Counted from the first letter of the stretch, positions 10,453 through 20,399 are shown. The stretch: DNA of 64,000 bases from an uncultured Bacteroidota bacterium (GCA_963767125.1 CAVYDB010000007.1:78083-142082), one strand, 5' to 3'. Numbers and translations: made by a program. The notes: generated by a model from the sequence alone, not told the origin.

Positions 10453-10495
10453 CAAAAATATAGTTTGAAAAGCGGGTTTGGGGAAAGTCATTGAC
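10453..10495 (-). promoter_or_regulatory. Composite late-type promoter upstream of terL (palindrome + -7 box)
   Basis: On the minus strand: AAAGTCAATGACTTT-type palindrome (core 10487-10495), a 26-nt gap, then TATTTTTG (10453-10460, matching TAnnTTTG). The same architecture occurs at four prophage late-region sites. Confidence 0.55.
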
Positions 10496-10585
10496 TTTCC
10501 CTTATATCAAGAAACGAAGCCAAGCCCTGTATTATTCCAACTTATGGGGCATATATGCACTTACGAAAAAAAACCGATGCCTGAT

Positions 10586-10610
10586 AAAAAGACAGCAATG
10601 CTGCCTTTTT
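10586..10610 (-). terminator. Intrinsic terminator of the adenosine deaminase gene
   Basis: The minus strand reads AGGCAGC-ATT-GCTGTCT (7-bp stem with one G-U) followed by TTTTTAT, about 95 nt after the stop at 10705. Confidence 0.5.
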
Positions 10611-10704
10611 CCATAGAACTTACTTTCCCATCATTCCTGTTATTTTCTTGTTGCATAAGGGAATAGGGCATCATTTCCCCGTCTTTAATTTATAGTTGAA
10701 AAAA

Positions 10705-12156
10705 TCAATATCCCTTACCCTGTGCAGTTATTTCAGCTTCAAAAGATTCAAACCGTTCTTTCAATTTTCTTACCTCACCCTGTTTTTCAGGTTCACTTAA
10801 AAAGGAATATTGTATGCTATTAAATACTATTCTTTTTATTTGCTTATAAGAAAACTTATACCGCGAAGCCAGTAAAACATATTCATGGGTAAGGCTGCTA
10901 CGGGAAACCCCGGCATCATCGGTACAAATAACAACAGGCACCCCGGCATCGTAATACAGATTTACAGGATGATTTTTCCCTTTAATACCTAAAATAAATT
11001 CATTGCTTGACAGATTTATTTCCACGGCTATGGAATCTGTTTTCATTTTTTTCAGCAATTCCAGTGAATTGGTTTCATACGGAATATCTACCCCATGCCC
11101 TATACGGTTGGCTTTGGCAATATATACCGCATCGTGAATGTGATACGCCAGATCTTCGGGTTTCACCATCCCTAGGCTTAGTTCCCCGGCATGCATAGCG
11201 GTTTTAACGGATGGAAATTTATTTTTTAAATACTTAAACATCTGCATGTGCAGCCAGTAATCTCTCATAGAGATGTAATTATTCTCGGGTGCAACAATAT
11301 TTACTCCCACTAACAGCGAAGACTTATCACGGTTCACAGCATCGAAACAGCTATACAACATAGAAAAAACCTTTGCGGGTGCAACTACCCTTACGGCATA
11401 CGCCTGGTAGCGCATAGTAAAACCAGAATCATCAATACCCGCATGGTAAGCATGAACACTGTCAATATAATTGGCTATTGATTTATCGTATCCGGAGGAA
11501 GATTTGATAGAATTCACCAGTAAATCAAATAATTGATAGAGGTGGGCGGTATCTTTTTTGGTTTGGTAATAAAGTAAGGAATCTTCCAGTCTTTCCCTGA
11601 AATCTATATACACATCGGGTATGCTTAACATGGTTTCTACATACTGGATATTCTGCTTTTCAGCTTCCAGCTTAATTTCTGCAAGTCCCGCGCGGTAAAG
11701 GGCTTTGCTGATATACCCGAAAAAAGAAAAGGTATTGAAAAAATGCTGGTCCGGCGGGTCCTCGATGTGAAAGTTATTGGAGAAATCTTCATCAGACCAT
11801 TGCTCCAATACAGCACGGTAGAGTATAGTATTCTCCATTAATGAGTCAATGGTGATGTGCGACTTTATGGTATCGGCCTGGCACAGTTTGAACGTCCTTG
11901 CATCTATATGAAAGTTTTTGCTTTTAGCCCAGTCAAGGTAGGTTTCGGCATACAAGGAGCCGGAATAGTGATGATGCAGGTCTCCACCCTTAGGCATCAT
12001 AGACATAAACAAAGTCAGCTTTGCATTGTCTCCTTCCTTTTTAATGGCGTTAAAATATTTCTCTGTACTATTTTCATTTCTACGGTGCCGGTTGCAAGAT
12101 GCGACAAACAGCGCGAGAGGCAGTAGATATAAAATGATGGTTGGTTTTATTCTCAT
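10705..12156 (-). CDS. Adenosine deaminase family protein, secreted lipoprotein
   Basis: Lipoprotein signal LLPLALFVASC. Metal-binding motifs are GGDLHHHYSGS, MHAGE and VVICTDDAGV, typical of adenosine/AMP deaminase-fold enzymes. Confidence 0.65.
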   Translation of the reverse strand: MRIKPTIILYLLPLALFVASCNRHRRNENSTEKYFNAIKKEGDNAKLTLFMSMMPKGGDLHHHYSGSLYAETYLDWAKSKNFHIDARTFKLCQADTIKSHITIDSLMENTILYRAVLEQWSDEDFSNNFHIEDPPDQHFFNTFSFFGYISKALYRAGLAEIKLEAEKQNIQYVETMLSIPDVYIDFRERLEDSLLYYQTKKDTAHLYQLFDLLVNSIKSSSGYDKSIANYIDSVHAYHAGIDDSGFTMRYQAYAVRVVAPAKVFSMLYSCFDAVNRDKSSLLVGVNIVAPENNYISMRDYWLHMQMFKYLKNKFPSVKTAMHAGELSLGMVKPEDLAYHIHDAVYIAKANRIGHGVDIPYETNSLELLKKMKTDSIAVEINLSSNEFILGIKGKNHPVNLYYDAGVPVVICTDDAGVSRSSLTHEYVLLASRYKFSYKQIKRIVFNSIQYSFLSEPEKQGEVRKLKERFESFEAEITAQGKGY

Positions 12157-12366
12157 AGGTATTTTCCATTTTTAAAAAATGGTATGGTAAAAATACCTAA
12201 AAAAATGGGGCAGCGCCCGACTACTAAAAAAACGGCATAAAACGGCATATCGCTTACCTAAGGATAAAGCAACTTGCACAATCATATTAAAATTTACGCC
12301 TTCCTTTCATGCATACAAATCATAATTTCACTCTGAAGTTTTGTATTTTCGCCTGAAATACTGAAC

Positions 12367-14091
12367 ATGAAGTACCTCGCTATTCCCTCGCTTTTATTCC
12401 TGCTGCTAATTAGTAATTCTTCATGTAATAACGCAGGCAATAGTTCCGGAATAAAATCGATACCCACATCAGATGCCACCATTAAAAACCTTACTGTTCT
12501 AGGGAAAGTATGGGGTTTTCTGAAATATTATCACCCGGCTATTGCAAAAGGGAGCTACGACTGGGATGCACAGTTATTCAAAATTCTTCCGGAATATAGT
12601 AGTTGTAAAACAGCCGAAAGCAGGAACCATCTGTTGTCCGCATGGATAGACGGATTGGGTAAAGTTCCCAATAACCCTACTCCTGAAATGGATACAGCCC
12701 ATGCTAAATTGTATCCTGATTTGAATTGGATTTATGATACCCTAACTCTTGGAAATACATTGTCGAAACAGCTTATTCAAATCAAAAATGCAAGCAGAAC
12801 CGGGCTGAATTATTATGTGAATTTAACATCGGGAATAGGAAACCCCGTTTTTAGCAATGAAAAACCGTATAAAACCACTGCCTGTCCCGATGCAGGACTG
12901 CGTTTGTTAGCTTTGTACAGGTATTGGAATATCATAAACTATTTTTATCCCAATAAATATCTCATAGGCGGAAACTGGGATAGTATATTGACCGAATTTA
13001 TCCCGAAATTTTTAAGCGATTCAACGAATATCAATTACAGGTTAACCGCATTAGAACTAATAGGCAGTATCCACGATTCTCATGCAGTTATTTACAGTGA
13101 TACTGTAAATATGAACGCTGATACTATTTTGGCAAATCATTTCGGTAAATACATACCTCCTGTTCTTGCAAGGTTTATCGGAGACACTGCTATTGTAACT
13201 ATAGTACGCAATCTTCCTGGAGAGAAACCCCCGGGTTTAGATACTGGAGATATTATTTTATCTATTAATAATAAACCTATAAAAAATGCTATAAAAGATT
13301 GGCTGCCATTCTCAGGGGCATCTAACTACCCTACCCAACTGAGGAATATTAGCTTTTCGCTTTTCGAGTCGAAAGATACTACGTTAAAAATTACGTATGA
13401 AAGAGATAATAAGATAGATTCTACCATACTAAAGTGTTATACCATGAATGAGTTACGGAAAAAGGTCGGGTTATTTAAGAAGGATACCTGCTTTAAATAC
13501 CTCTCTCCTGATATATGTTACATTTACCCGGAGAATATTAAAATAAAATATATAGCTGATATGATGGCATATTTCATGAAAACAAAAGGGATGGTTATAG
13601 ATATGCGCTGTTATCCGTCAGAAGTAATCTTTCCTGAGTTAAGCAGGTATTTACTTCCATCGAGAAAAATATTTGCAAGATTTACGGCGGGCAATATTAA
13701 AACTCCGGGCTTATTTTGCTTTACCGACACGGCTGCGGCTGGAGATTACTATAATCCGAATTATTATTACAAGGGCAAAGTAGTGATACTGGTAAATGAA
13801 ATGACCCAAAGCCAGGCAGAGTTTACTACCATGGCATTCCGTGTTTCGCCCAACGCCACTGTGTTAGGCAGCACCACAGCAGGGGCCGACGGAAATGTAT
13901 CGTTTTTCACCTTGCCCGGCGATATAACAACTGCCATTAGCGGAATCGGGGTTTATTATCCCGACGGAAAAGAAACACAAAGAATTGGTATCGTACCCGA
14001 TGTGGTTGTTAATCCTACCGTAAACGGAATTAGAAAACACCATGATGAAGTGCTTGAAAAGGCAGTGGAAATAATAAATGCGGGCAATTGA
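12367..14091 (+). CDS. S41 family peptidase (tail-specific protease-like) lipoprotein
   Basis: Lipoprotein signal LLLISNSSC. A PDZ-like segment (GDIILSINNKPI) is followed by a C-terminal S41 block (GKVVILVNEMTQSQAEFTTMAF...GSTTAGADG). Confidence 0.6.
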   Translation: MKYLAIPSLLFLLLISNSSCNNAGNSSGIKSIPTSDATIKNLTVLGKVWGFLKYYHPAIAKGSYDWDAQLFKILPEYSSCKTAESRNHLLSAWIDGLGKVPNNPTPEMDTAHAKLYPDLNWIYDTLTLGNTLSKQLIQIKNASRTGLNYYVNLTSGIGNPVFSNEKPYKTTACPDAGLRLLALYRYWNIINYFYPNKYLIGGNWDSILTEFIPKFLSDSTNINYRLTALELIGSIHDSHAVIYSDTVNMNADTILANHFGKYIPPVLARFIGDTAIVTIVRNLPGEKPPGLDTGDIILSINNKPIKNAIKDWLPFSGASNYPTQLRNISFSLFESKDTTLKITYERDNKIDSTILKCYTMNELRKKVGLFKKDTCFKYLSPDICYIYPENIKIKYIADMMAYFMKTKGMVIDMRCYPSEVIFPELSRYLLPSRKIFARFTAGNIKTPGLFCFTDTAAAGDYYNPNYYYKGKVVILVNEMTQSQAEFTTMAFRVSPNATVLGSTTAGADGNVSFFTLPGDITTAISGIGVYYPDGKETQRIGIVPDVVVNPTVNGIRKHHDEVLEKAVEIINAGN

Positions 14092-14137
14092 GTACCTGCT
14101 TCCGCCGGAGCTTATCTTTCTCAGGAGGCAGCTGACA

Positions 14138-14344
14138 TCAAGCATCACCTAAAAACTTTAATGCCTCTTTTTTAGAATACATTTTGTCCTTCATCGCTTT
14201 TTTCATAGCCAGTCCCAAGCCATATTCTTCAATTATATCCGATAGCATCTCATATTCATCGGCTGGAACTATAACATATTCTACTTTCCCGCTTTTTCCG
14301 GCAATGAATTGTTCGTGTGCAGTGATTAATTTTGGTGTTTCCAT
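14138..14344 (-). CDS. Phd/YefM-like type II antitoxin, orphan
   Basis: 68 aa. KVEYVIVPADEYEMLSDIIEEYGLGLAMKKAM...SKKEALKFL is the typical antitoxin pattern. No toxin ORF follows. Confidence 0.55.
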   Translation of the reverse strand: METPKLITAHEQFIAGKSGKVEYVIVPADEYEMLSDIIEEYGLGLAMKKAMKDKMYSKKEALKFLGDA

Positions 14345-14382
14345 ACTTCAAAGATACTTAAAATAATTAAGTCAGGCAGCCC

Positions 14383-14482
14383 CTGTAAGCGCTGATTTGC
14401 AATTAAATTCTTTATAATTCCGCCACAAGGTAATCGTAGATTATAAATTAAGTAAACACTGATTGCAAATCAGGGTTTACAG
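14383..14482. repeat. MITE-like element bounded by 21-bp imperfect inverted repeats
   Basis: CTGTAAGCGCTGATTTGCAAT (14383-14403) pairs with ATTGCAAATCAGGGTTTACAG (14462-14482), 19/21 complementary. The same terminal motif occurs at 2202-2327. Confidence 0.65.
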
Positions 14483-14585
14483 AGTAAGGAACACTCACTT
14501 TAAAATTAAAAAAGAGCCGTTACCCATTTTGCCCGTTAATAAAACTTACTAAAAAACTCCTATCTTTGAATCATTATCAATCCTG

Positions 14586-15854
14586 ATGCGCAAAATACTT
14601 ACCTATAACATTCTATTTGCTCTCATTCTTTCAACAATAATTGTTAGGGCACAATTAGTAACCCGCATCGTTACATCGAGACAAGCCGACAGCAATGTGA
14701 TGCACGATAACGACACCAACATAGCCATGCTGAATGATTCGGTAACCCGCCTGAATAAGCTATATGTATTTCTGCCGGGTTCGGGCGCTACGCCCCTGGG
14801 ATATGCCGATATTTTGGAAACAGCAGCTAACCTGGGCTATCATTCATTGGGCTTGGGATATAATAATGATTCCACTGTAGCCAGCCTGTGCAGCGGCTTT
14901 GGACCCTGGTGCGAAGGAGCAGTACGGGCAGAAATATTTTACGGGAAAAATTATTCGGCGCAGGTGAATGTAGATACTTCGGAGAGCATACGCACCCGTT
15001 TGGTGGCTATGCTCAAGTACCTGCAGGCGCATCATCCCCTGGATAACTGGGGGCAATATCTCGATGCGAATGATAGTGTGATATGGTCGCAGGTGTGTAT
15101 ATCGGGGCATTCGCAGGGAGCCGCTACAGCATCTCTTATTGCCTATTGGTACCCCGTGTGGAGAGGGGTATTTTTTGCCACCGGGGGCGATGCAAATGAC
15201 AGTTCGCGTTCCGTATCACTATGGATGCAGGGGCATTCCGTCACTCCGCCAGGCAAAAAATATGCCTTCGACCACCGCTATGATGAGTTGTATTGGGGAA
15301 CTTTACCTACCACTCCCGTAATTTGGGATACGCTGGGCATCGGCAACTACCTTGACTTTGATACTCTTTCAGGAAATTATTATCATGCACATTCCTTTAC
15401 CAGTTACGATACGGTTGCAATTCCGCCAAGCCCCATCCGTTATCACAACTGTGTTGTAACCGACCATTTTACTCCCATTATTTCCGGCAATTTCCTTTAC
15501 CTGCCTTTATGGATATATATGCTTACCGACACATCTACTGTAACAGGCATACAAACTGTTATTGCAGATAAAATAAGTGTACTGGTTTATCCCAATCCAA
15601 GCGGGGGCGTGTTTAAGTTCCAAGTAGAAACGGACCGTCCGGATGAACCGTTCGGACGGGAAAAGGGAAAAGGAGAAAGTGGGGAAATAGAAATTTATAA
15701 TGTGCTTGGTGAAAAAGTATATTCTCAATTCAATATTCAAACACCAAGTTTCAACATTGATTTATCTGCTGAGCCCAATGGCATTTATTTTTATCGTGTG
15801 CTTGATAGTAGCGGGGCATTGGAAGTTGACGGGAAGATAGAGATTGAGAGGTAA
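14586..15854 (+). CDS. Secreted alpha/beta-hydrolase-like protein with T9SS C-terminal sorting domain
   Basis: Signal peptide ...STIIVRAQ and a GxSxG nucleophile elbow ISGHSQGAA. The C-terminus is VYPNPSGGVFKF...IEIYNVLGEKVY...NGIYFYRVLDSSG. Confidence 0.5.
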   Translation: MRKILTYNILFALILSTIIVRAQLVTRIVTSRQADSNVMHDNDTNIAMLNDSVTRLNKLYVFLPGSGATPLGYADILETAANLGYHSLGLGYNNDSTVASLCSGFGPWCEGAVRAEIFYGKNYSAQVNVDTSESIRTRLVAMLKYLQAHHPLDNWGQYLDANDSVIWSQVCISGHSQGAATASLIAYWYPVWRGVFFATGGDANDSSRSVSLWMQGHSVTPPGKKYAFDHRYDELYWGTLPTTPVIWDTLGIGNYLDFDTLSGNYYHAHSFTSYDTVAIPPSPIRYHNCVVTDHFTPIISGNFLYLPLWIYMLTDTSTVTGIQTVIADKISVLVYPNPSGGVFKFQVETDRPDEPFGREKGKGESGEIEIYNVLGEKVYSQFNIQTPSFNIDLSAEPNGIYFYRVLDSSGALEVDGKIEIER

Positions 15855-15877
15855 GGTCGGAAAATAAATAATTCCTG

Positions 15878-15903
15878 CAAACAGGTCGCCCCTGCCGGGG
15901 CTA
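15878..15903. repeat. Second copy of 26-mer CAAACAGGTCGCCCCTGCCGGGGCTA
   Basis: Identical to 2482-2507. It contains the GCCCC-TGCC-GGGGC hairpin. Confidence 0.7.
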
Positions 15904-15979
15904 TGACTCGTTTTCCCTCATACCCGCAAGTTGCACTAAGCCCTTTAGCTGGGTTTAAATTGTAAGCCAAACGGACAAT

Positions 15980-16210
15980 TTATTTGCATATAAAAAAGGG
16001 CTTTATGAAAGCAAAACTACTTCCGGTTACCTTCCCGCCCCGGTTAATTAACATAACCTTGATTAAAAGCGTTATAAAACCGATTATATAACCGGCGACA
16101 AAAACTGCAGTAAGCTTGAAGCGTTGCCCACCTTTGTAGAACCAGGTTATAGCTAAAACTACAACCAGTGCTACGGCTACAGCCATCGAAAACGTTAGTA
16201 ATGATTTCAT
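15980..16210 (-). CDS. Small two-TM membrane protein
   Basis: 76 aa with two hydrophobic helices. No motif recognised. Confidence 0.35.
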   Translation of the reverse strand: MKSLLTFSMAVAVALVVVLAITWFYKGGQRFKLTAVFVAGYIIGFITLLIKVMLINRGGKVTGSSFAFIKPFFICK

Positions 16211-16361
16211 CTGTTTGAATAGTTTGTTTGTTACACGTAAATGTACGTCTTTTTCTATAAATAGGCCACCCCTGCGGGACTTTTTTCTTCTTTTTAAGCT
16301 GCACGTAAAGTGTAGGCAGAACTTTATTGTTTATTTACCCCCTATAGGAAGACCTTGACTT

Positions 16362-17066
16362 GTGAAGTTAAGCAGGGATAGCAGAGATGATATGTTTTTA
16401 TCACCGGCGTTTTCTGCCGGTGCAAACTGTGTTATCACCATTCATTCCAAATCTTTTACCTTTGCTCCCGGAAAGCAACAAATAATAAGCAAGGTGCATA
16501 GGTATTACATTCTCATAACCATACTTGGCTGGGTGACATTCTTCTCCTATTGGGGCAGGATGGCAAAGAAAGTAAAATCAGAAGTTTATTCGCAAGGTAG
16601 AATATCGAGGTTGGTTTATCTCTTTTTTCTCTTCTCGGGTTTAATTTCCGTTTATATATCTGCTTTGTCGGTCGGGTGGGCAGGCTACCAGGTTATTCCG
16701 GTTAGCAATTTATCAGGCTTTATAGGGGCGCTTATCAGCTTGTTGGGAATGGGATTTGCAATATGGGCCCGCAAAACATTAGGCTCCAACTGGAGTGCCA
16801 AAGTAACGCTGAAAGAAGGGCATGAATTAATTCAAAACGGACCATACAGTATTGTTCGACACCCCATCTACACGGGGTTTGAAATGGGGGTGCTGGGTCC
16901 CGCTATTGTTTTCGGGCAACTAAAGGGTTTTATAGCGCTGGCTATTGTCTTTGCAGCTCATGTATGGAAAATTGGCATGGAAGAAGATATAATGAATACG
17001 CAGTTTCCAACTCAATATGCAGCATACTCAAAACGGGTAAAGAGGCTTATTCCGTTTATATTCTAA
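16362..17066 (+). CDS. Isoprenylcysteine carboxyl methyltransferase (ICMT/PEMT) family membrane protein; true start probably internal (GTG 16494 or later)
   Basis: C-terminal LIQNGPYSIVRHPIYTGFEMGVLG is the ICMT family signature, and there are several TM helices. The first ~45 aa of the track ORF look non-coding. Confidence 0.6.
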   Translation: MKLSRDSRDDMFLSPAFSAGANCVITIHSKSFTFAPGKQQIISKVHRYYILITILGWVTFFSYWGRMAKKVKSEVYSQGRISRLVYLFFLFSGLISVYISALSVGWAGYQVIPVSNLSGFIGALISLLGMGFAIWARKTLGSNWSAKVTLKEGHELIQNGPYSIVRHPIYTGFEMGVLGPAIVFGQLKGFIALAIVFAAHVWKIGMEEDIMNTQFPTQYAAYSKRVKRLIPFIF

Positions 17067-17093
17067 TACCTTCAAACTAACAAACATACCCCT

Positions 17094-17480
17094 ATGATTG
17101 ACGCTGATATGATACCGATGTATGTGAAAATTATTATTTGGCTGTTTGCCCTGGTCAATATTGGGTACGGAATTGTAGGTTATTTTAAAACGTCCCAAAT
17201 ATTTGAAAACAGTACAGAAGGGATAGATGTAAAAGGAAAGGGAGCCAGGTATGCCGGCTATGAATATGCTTCGAGGAACCTGTCTATCGGAATAGGGGTG
17301 TTGGTAATTGGTATTGTAGGCTCTCCTCTTGCAATTGTTATTGTGATGGGTGTAAGGGCTCTGATTGAAATACAATCTATGTTGATAAATTTATCCCTCA
17401 AAAAAATAAACGAGGGGTTTATAACGGCCGCTGTATTTTTAGCTATTGAGCTGTTTGTTATTTTGAAAATGGTGGGGTAG
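17094..17480 (+). CDS. Small four-TM membrane protein
   Basis: 128 aa, four hydrophobic helices, 27 nt after the ICMT-like gene. Confidence 0.45.
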   Translation: MIDADMIPMYVKIIIWLFALVNIGYGIVGYFKTSQIFENSTEGIDVKGKGARYAGYEYASRNLSIGIGVLVIGIVGSPLAIVIVMGVRALIEIQSMLINLSLKKINEGFITAAVFLAIELFVILKMVG

Positions 17481-17600
17481 ATTTCATGTACCCTTTAAAC
17501 AAATGTTATCTTATTTGTATTTCAAACCGAGATATTGACCCACTATGCGACCAGCATTAACCATGCCTGACGCGGATAAAAATTTCGGGAAAAAGCATCT

Positions 17601-17978
17601 TTATTTAGAAACTACGTGTTCTTGCATCCATGTTCTGATATTGTCTCCATTCAATTGTCCGGAAGCTATATTCATAACAAAAGAATATTTCTCTTCTTCA
17701 GTTGCCCGGATATCGTACCCATGCTGAACCAGCAAAAGGCGCATTAATACATAGCCCGTCCGCTTATTTCCGTCAACAAAAGGGTGATTTGAAATAATAC
17801 TCTCTATAAGCGCAGATGCCTTCCCGATAGGCGTTGGATAAAGTTCGTTCCTGCTAAAACTGGCATACGGTCTATTAACTGCAGATTCTAATGCCCCTAA
17901 GTCTCTAAGCCCACTTTCTCCACCAAATTTCTCTATTAAAATAAGCTGGATTTTTAGGGCTTCTTTTACAGTAATCAT
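17601..17978 (-). CDS. doc: Type II toxin, death-on-curing (Doc/Fic) family
   Basis: LIEKFGGESGLRDLGALESAV and the Fic motif HPFVDGNKRTG. 125 aa. Confidence 0.9.
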   Translation of the reverse strand: MITVKEALKIQLILIEKFGGESGLRDLGALESAVNRPYASFSRNELYPTPIGKASALIESIISNHPFVDGNKRTGYVLMRLLLVQHGYDIRATEEEKYSFVMNIASGQLNGDNIRTWMQEHVVSK

Positions 17979-18163
17979 TTAGCCAATCGTTCGAGCAGGG
18001 CTTTATCTTCCTTAATAATTTCCCGGAGGTTTTTTGAAAGCTGGTTGGAATCTGCCGATTTTGACTGAATAGTTTTTACATACTCTAAAATATCCCGGAG
18101 TAAATTATCGGGAACTTTATCCAATACTTTCTGAATTTCGGTTTTTACTTCTCGCGATGTCAT
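17975..18163 (-). CDS. Antitoxin partner of Doc
   Basis: 62 aa, helical. Its stop overlaps the doc start by 4 nt (translational coupling). Confidence 0.65.
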   Translation of the reverse strand: MTSREVKTEIQKVLDKVPDNLLRDILEYVKTIQSKSADSNQLSKNLREIIKEDKALLERLAK

Positions 18164-18277
18164 GCTTCAGCACTTTATTAATACAAAGATACGCAAATAT
18201 TATAACAACTATTTAGGCTAAACCGCCAATCCTCACCTGTTTAGGGCTACCGTAGATAATGTCCTGTTAAAGCCCCC

Positions 18278-19801
18278 CTATCTTCCAAACCAGCGAGCAG
18301 CCTCCTGCCTGATTGATTTTTCACCAGGTTCGCTGTCAGAAGCCCAGGCGATAAACCCGTCGGGGCGTATTAGTGCAGCGCTCAAACCCAATTGCTCTTT
18401 CGCTTTATTAGAAACATATTTTATATGTTCGCTATATTCACCTGCCAGTGCTTTTAGGGAAGCATTATTATTGAAGTCAAGCAATATACCCTTGCCATCC
18501 TGCATTAGCTCGCCAATCATTGTACCATCTTGCAGTTCAAAGTTGGGTACGCTATAGCCTGTTAAAGGGTGTGTGCCCCCGAAATTATAATGCATATTAA
18601 CACCCCACACCCTTCCTGCCATATAGGTGGCTCCATCGCGGGTATCCATCAGGTCGCGGATAATGGCGTTCAGGGCACGGGCATGAGGTTCAGGCCCCAT
18701 AATTGCAGCCTGGGCGCGAGACCAATCCAGCACCTGCACACCAATGGGGTGCCGCTCAGTATAATAACTGTCCAGCAAACCTTGCGGGGCTTTCTCGTGG
18801 ATAGTTGCAGCGAGTTTCCAGCCGAGGTTCATGGCATCGCCCAGTCCGAGGTTTAGCCCCTGACCTCCCAAGGGCGCATGAATGTGTGCTGCATCACCTG
18901 CCAACAGCACCCTACCGTTTCGGTACGTGGTGGCTTGCCTTGCCCGGTCAGTCCAGGTGGTTGCAAAATGCAACGCGCTGATAGTTATATCGGTGCCCGA
19001 GATGCGGCGCAGCACCTCCCGGATATGTTCAAGCGTAATTGGCTCTTCAGAGCCATGAAATGCCCCGCCATCAAAATCTTGTATTGCTAAGTAACCCGGT
19101 TGCGATTGCAGGTACATTCCTCTTGGTGTCATAATTCTGCCGGGCTTTAGCTTCTCCGGGTCAGCAATATCTACTTTAGCAGAGTAGCCGGTAAATTCCG
19201 GTTCTGTTCCGGCAAATTCAAATCCGCCGGCCTTGCGCACAATACTACGCGCCCCATCGCAACCCACAAGCCATTTACCCTGAAAAAATTGGTCACCCGA
19301 CTGAACAGTAACCCCATCTGCCGTCTGCTGAAAGCCGGTAACTGCAAGCCCGCGCTTGATTTCTACACCCCGCATTTCTGCCCGACGAGTTAGCACCGTT
19401 TCAAGTTCCTGCATTTCAGAAATTAAACTGGTGGCGGTAGATCCGGGCAAGCGGTTCTTCCATTGCGAAGTATCAATATCGCCTTCGTGAAGTGGAATGC
19501 CTGCAAAGTGCCCTACTTGCCGGCGCGGACCTTGTACGGCATTCTGGTGCGGATTTTTAAGGCGTTTATGTATCTCCAGTTCTTGCAGGAGTCCCCGGCG
19601 GTAAAGCGCTTCAATAGTAGGTGCAGAAAGCCCCCGTATGCCGAAAGGAAGCTGTTTTAAGGGCGATTGAAGGTTCTCCGCCTTTTCTATTACAAGCACA
19701 GAGCATTTAGCTAATGCCAGTTCGCAGGCAAGAAAAAGCCCGACAGGACCAGCACCGGAAATAAGTACATCGTATATCGGTTGAGGGGAATTGTTATTCA
19801 T
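18278..19801 (-). CDS. Class A FAD-dependent monooxygenase (aromatic hydroxylase / Rox-like architecture)
   Basis: Motifs are DVLISGAGPVGL (GxGxxG), VGCDGARSIVRK and LAGDAAHIHAPLGGQGLNLGLGDAMNLGWKLA. A ~120-aa C-terminal extension ends in LIRPDGFIAWAS...WFG. Confidence 0.75.
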   Translation of the reverse strand: MNNNSPQPIYDVLISGAGPVGLFLACELALAKCSVLVIEKAENLQSPLKQLPFGIRGLSAPTIEALYRRGLLQELEIHKRLKNPHQNAVQGPRRQVGHFAGIPLHEGDIDTSQWKNRLPGSTATSLISEMQELETVLTRRAEMRGVEIKRGLAVTGFQQTADGVTVQSGDQFFQGKWLVGCDGARSIVRKAGGFEFAGTEPEFTGYSAKVDIADPEKLKPGRIMTPRGMYLQSQPGYLAIQDFDGGAFHGSEEPITLEHIREVLRRISGTDITISALHFATTWTDRARQATTYRNGRVLLAGDAAHIHAPLGGQGLNLGLGDAMNLGWKLAATIHEKAPQGLLDSYYTERHPIGVQVLDWSRAQAAIMGPEPHARALNAIIRDLMDTRDGATYMAGRVWGVNMHYNFGGTHPLTGYSVPNFELQDGTMIGELMQDGKGILLDFNNNASLKALAGEYSEHIKYVSNKAKEQLGLSAALIRPDGFIAWASDSEPGEKSIRQEAARWFGR

Positions 19802-19856
19802 GGGTGTGAATTAATTTTAATGAGTGAATATTCATTTATTAAATTGTGAAAAAAAA

Positions 19857-20399
19857 TTAAGGTGTTAAACCTTTTAAAACAATTTCTAAGGTTTGATACA
19901 TTAATTGGTTGCTGAATTTAAAATTGTTTCCGTCAGCGCTTTTCTTTTCATGGTGAAAATGAATGAGTGAATAAAGCGGTCCGTAAGCCAAACTCCAATA
20001 AACAGGGAATGACTTAATAGGAATGAGTTGTTTATTTTTAACGGCATTTTTTAAAAATGTTTCTAACAATGGTCTGAGTTGCTGATTCCCGTTATTCGCC
20101 AGAATATGTTCACCATAAGGTGAATTCCAGAGCATATCCATTAGCTTTGCTGAAAGAGGATTCTTTATGTAAAATTTCGCCCTGTTCTCCCACTGTAGCT
20201 TTAATCCGTCGGAAAAAGATAAACCGGAAGAAAAATTTTTCAAAGAAGCATTCAGCATTTTAGTGCTTTCCTCCAGTCCGGTTTTCAATATTAAATCTTC
20301 TTTGTGCCGGTAATAGATGTAAAGCGTAGCCACTGAAATGTTACAAACCTTAGCTAACTTTTGCATACTGAAGCCATCAAAGCCATTTTCCACCAGCAT
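19857..20399 (-). CDS. TetR/AcrR family transcriptional regulator (N-terminus unusually short)
   Basis: HTH FDGFSMQKLAKVCNISVATLYIYYRHKEDL. The reading frame stays open 15 codons upstream (RDEIKTELVKEQAIK) but contains no ATG/GTG/TTG before a TAG. Confidence 0.75.
   Translation of the reverse strand: MLVENGFDGFSMQKLAKVCNISVATLYIYYRHKEDLILKTGLEESTKMLNASLKNFSSGLSFSDGLKLQWENRAKFYIKNPLSAKLMDMLWNSPYGEHILANNGNQQLRPLLETFLKNAVKNKQLIPIKSFPVYWSLAYGPLYSLIHFHHEKKSADGNNFKFSNQLMYQTLEIVLKGLTP

Noticed and set aside
13864-14148. ORF overlapping the antitoxin stop, considered as the missing toxin
   Set aside because: It lies fully antisense to the conserved C-terminus of the S41 peptidase and bears no resemblance to RelE/ParE/Doc-type toxins.
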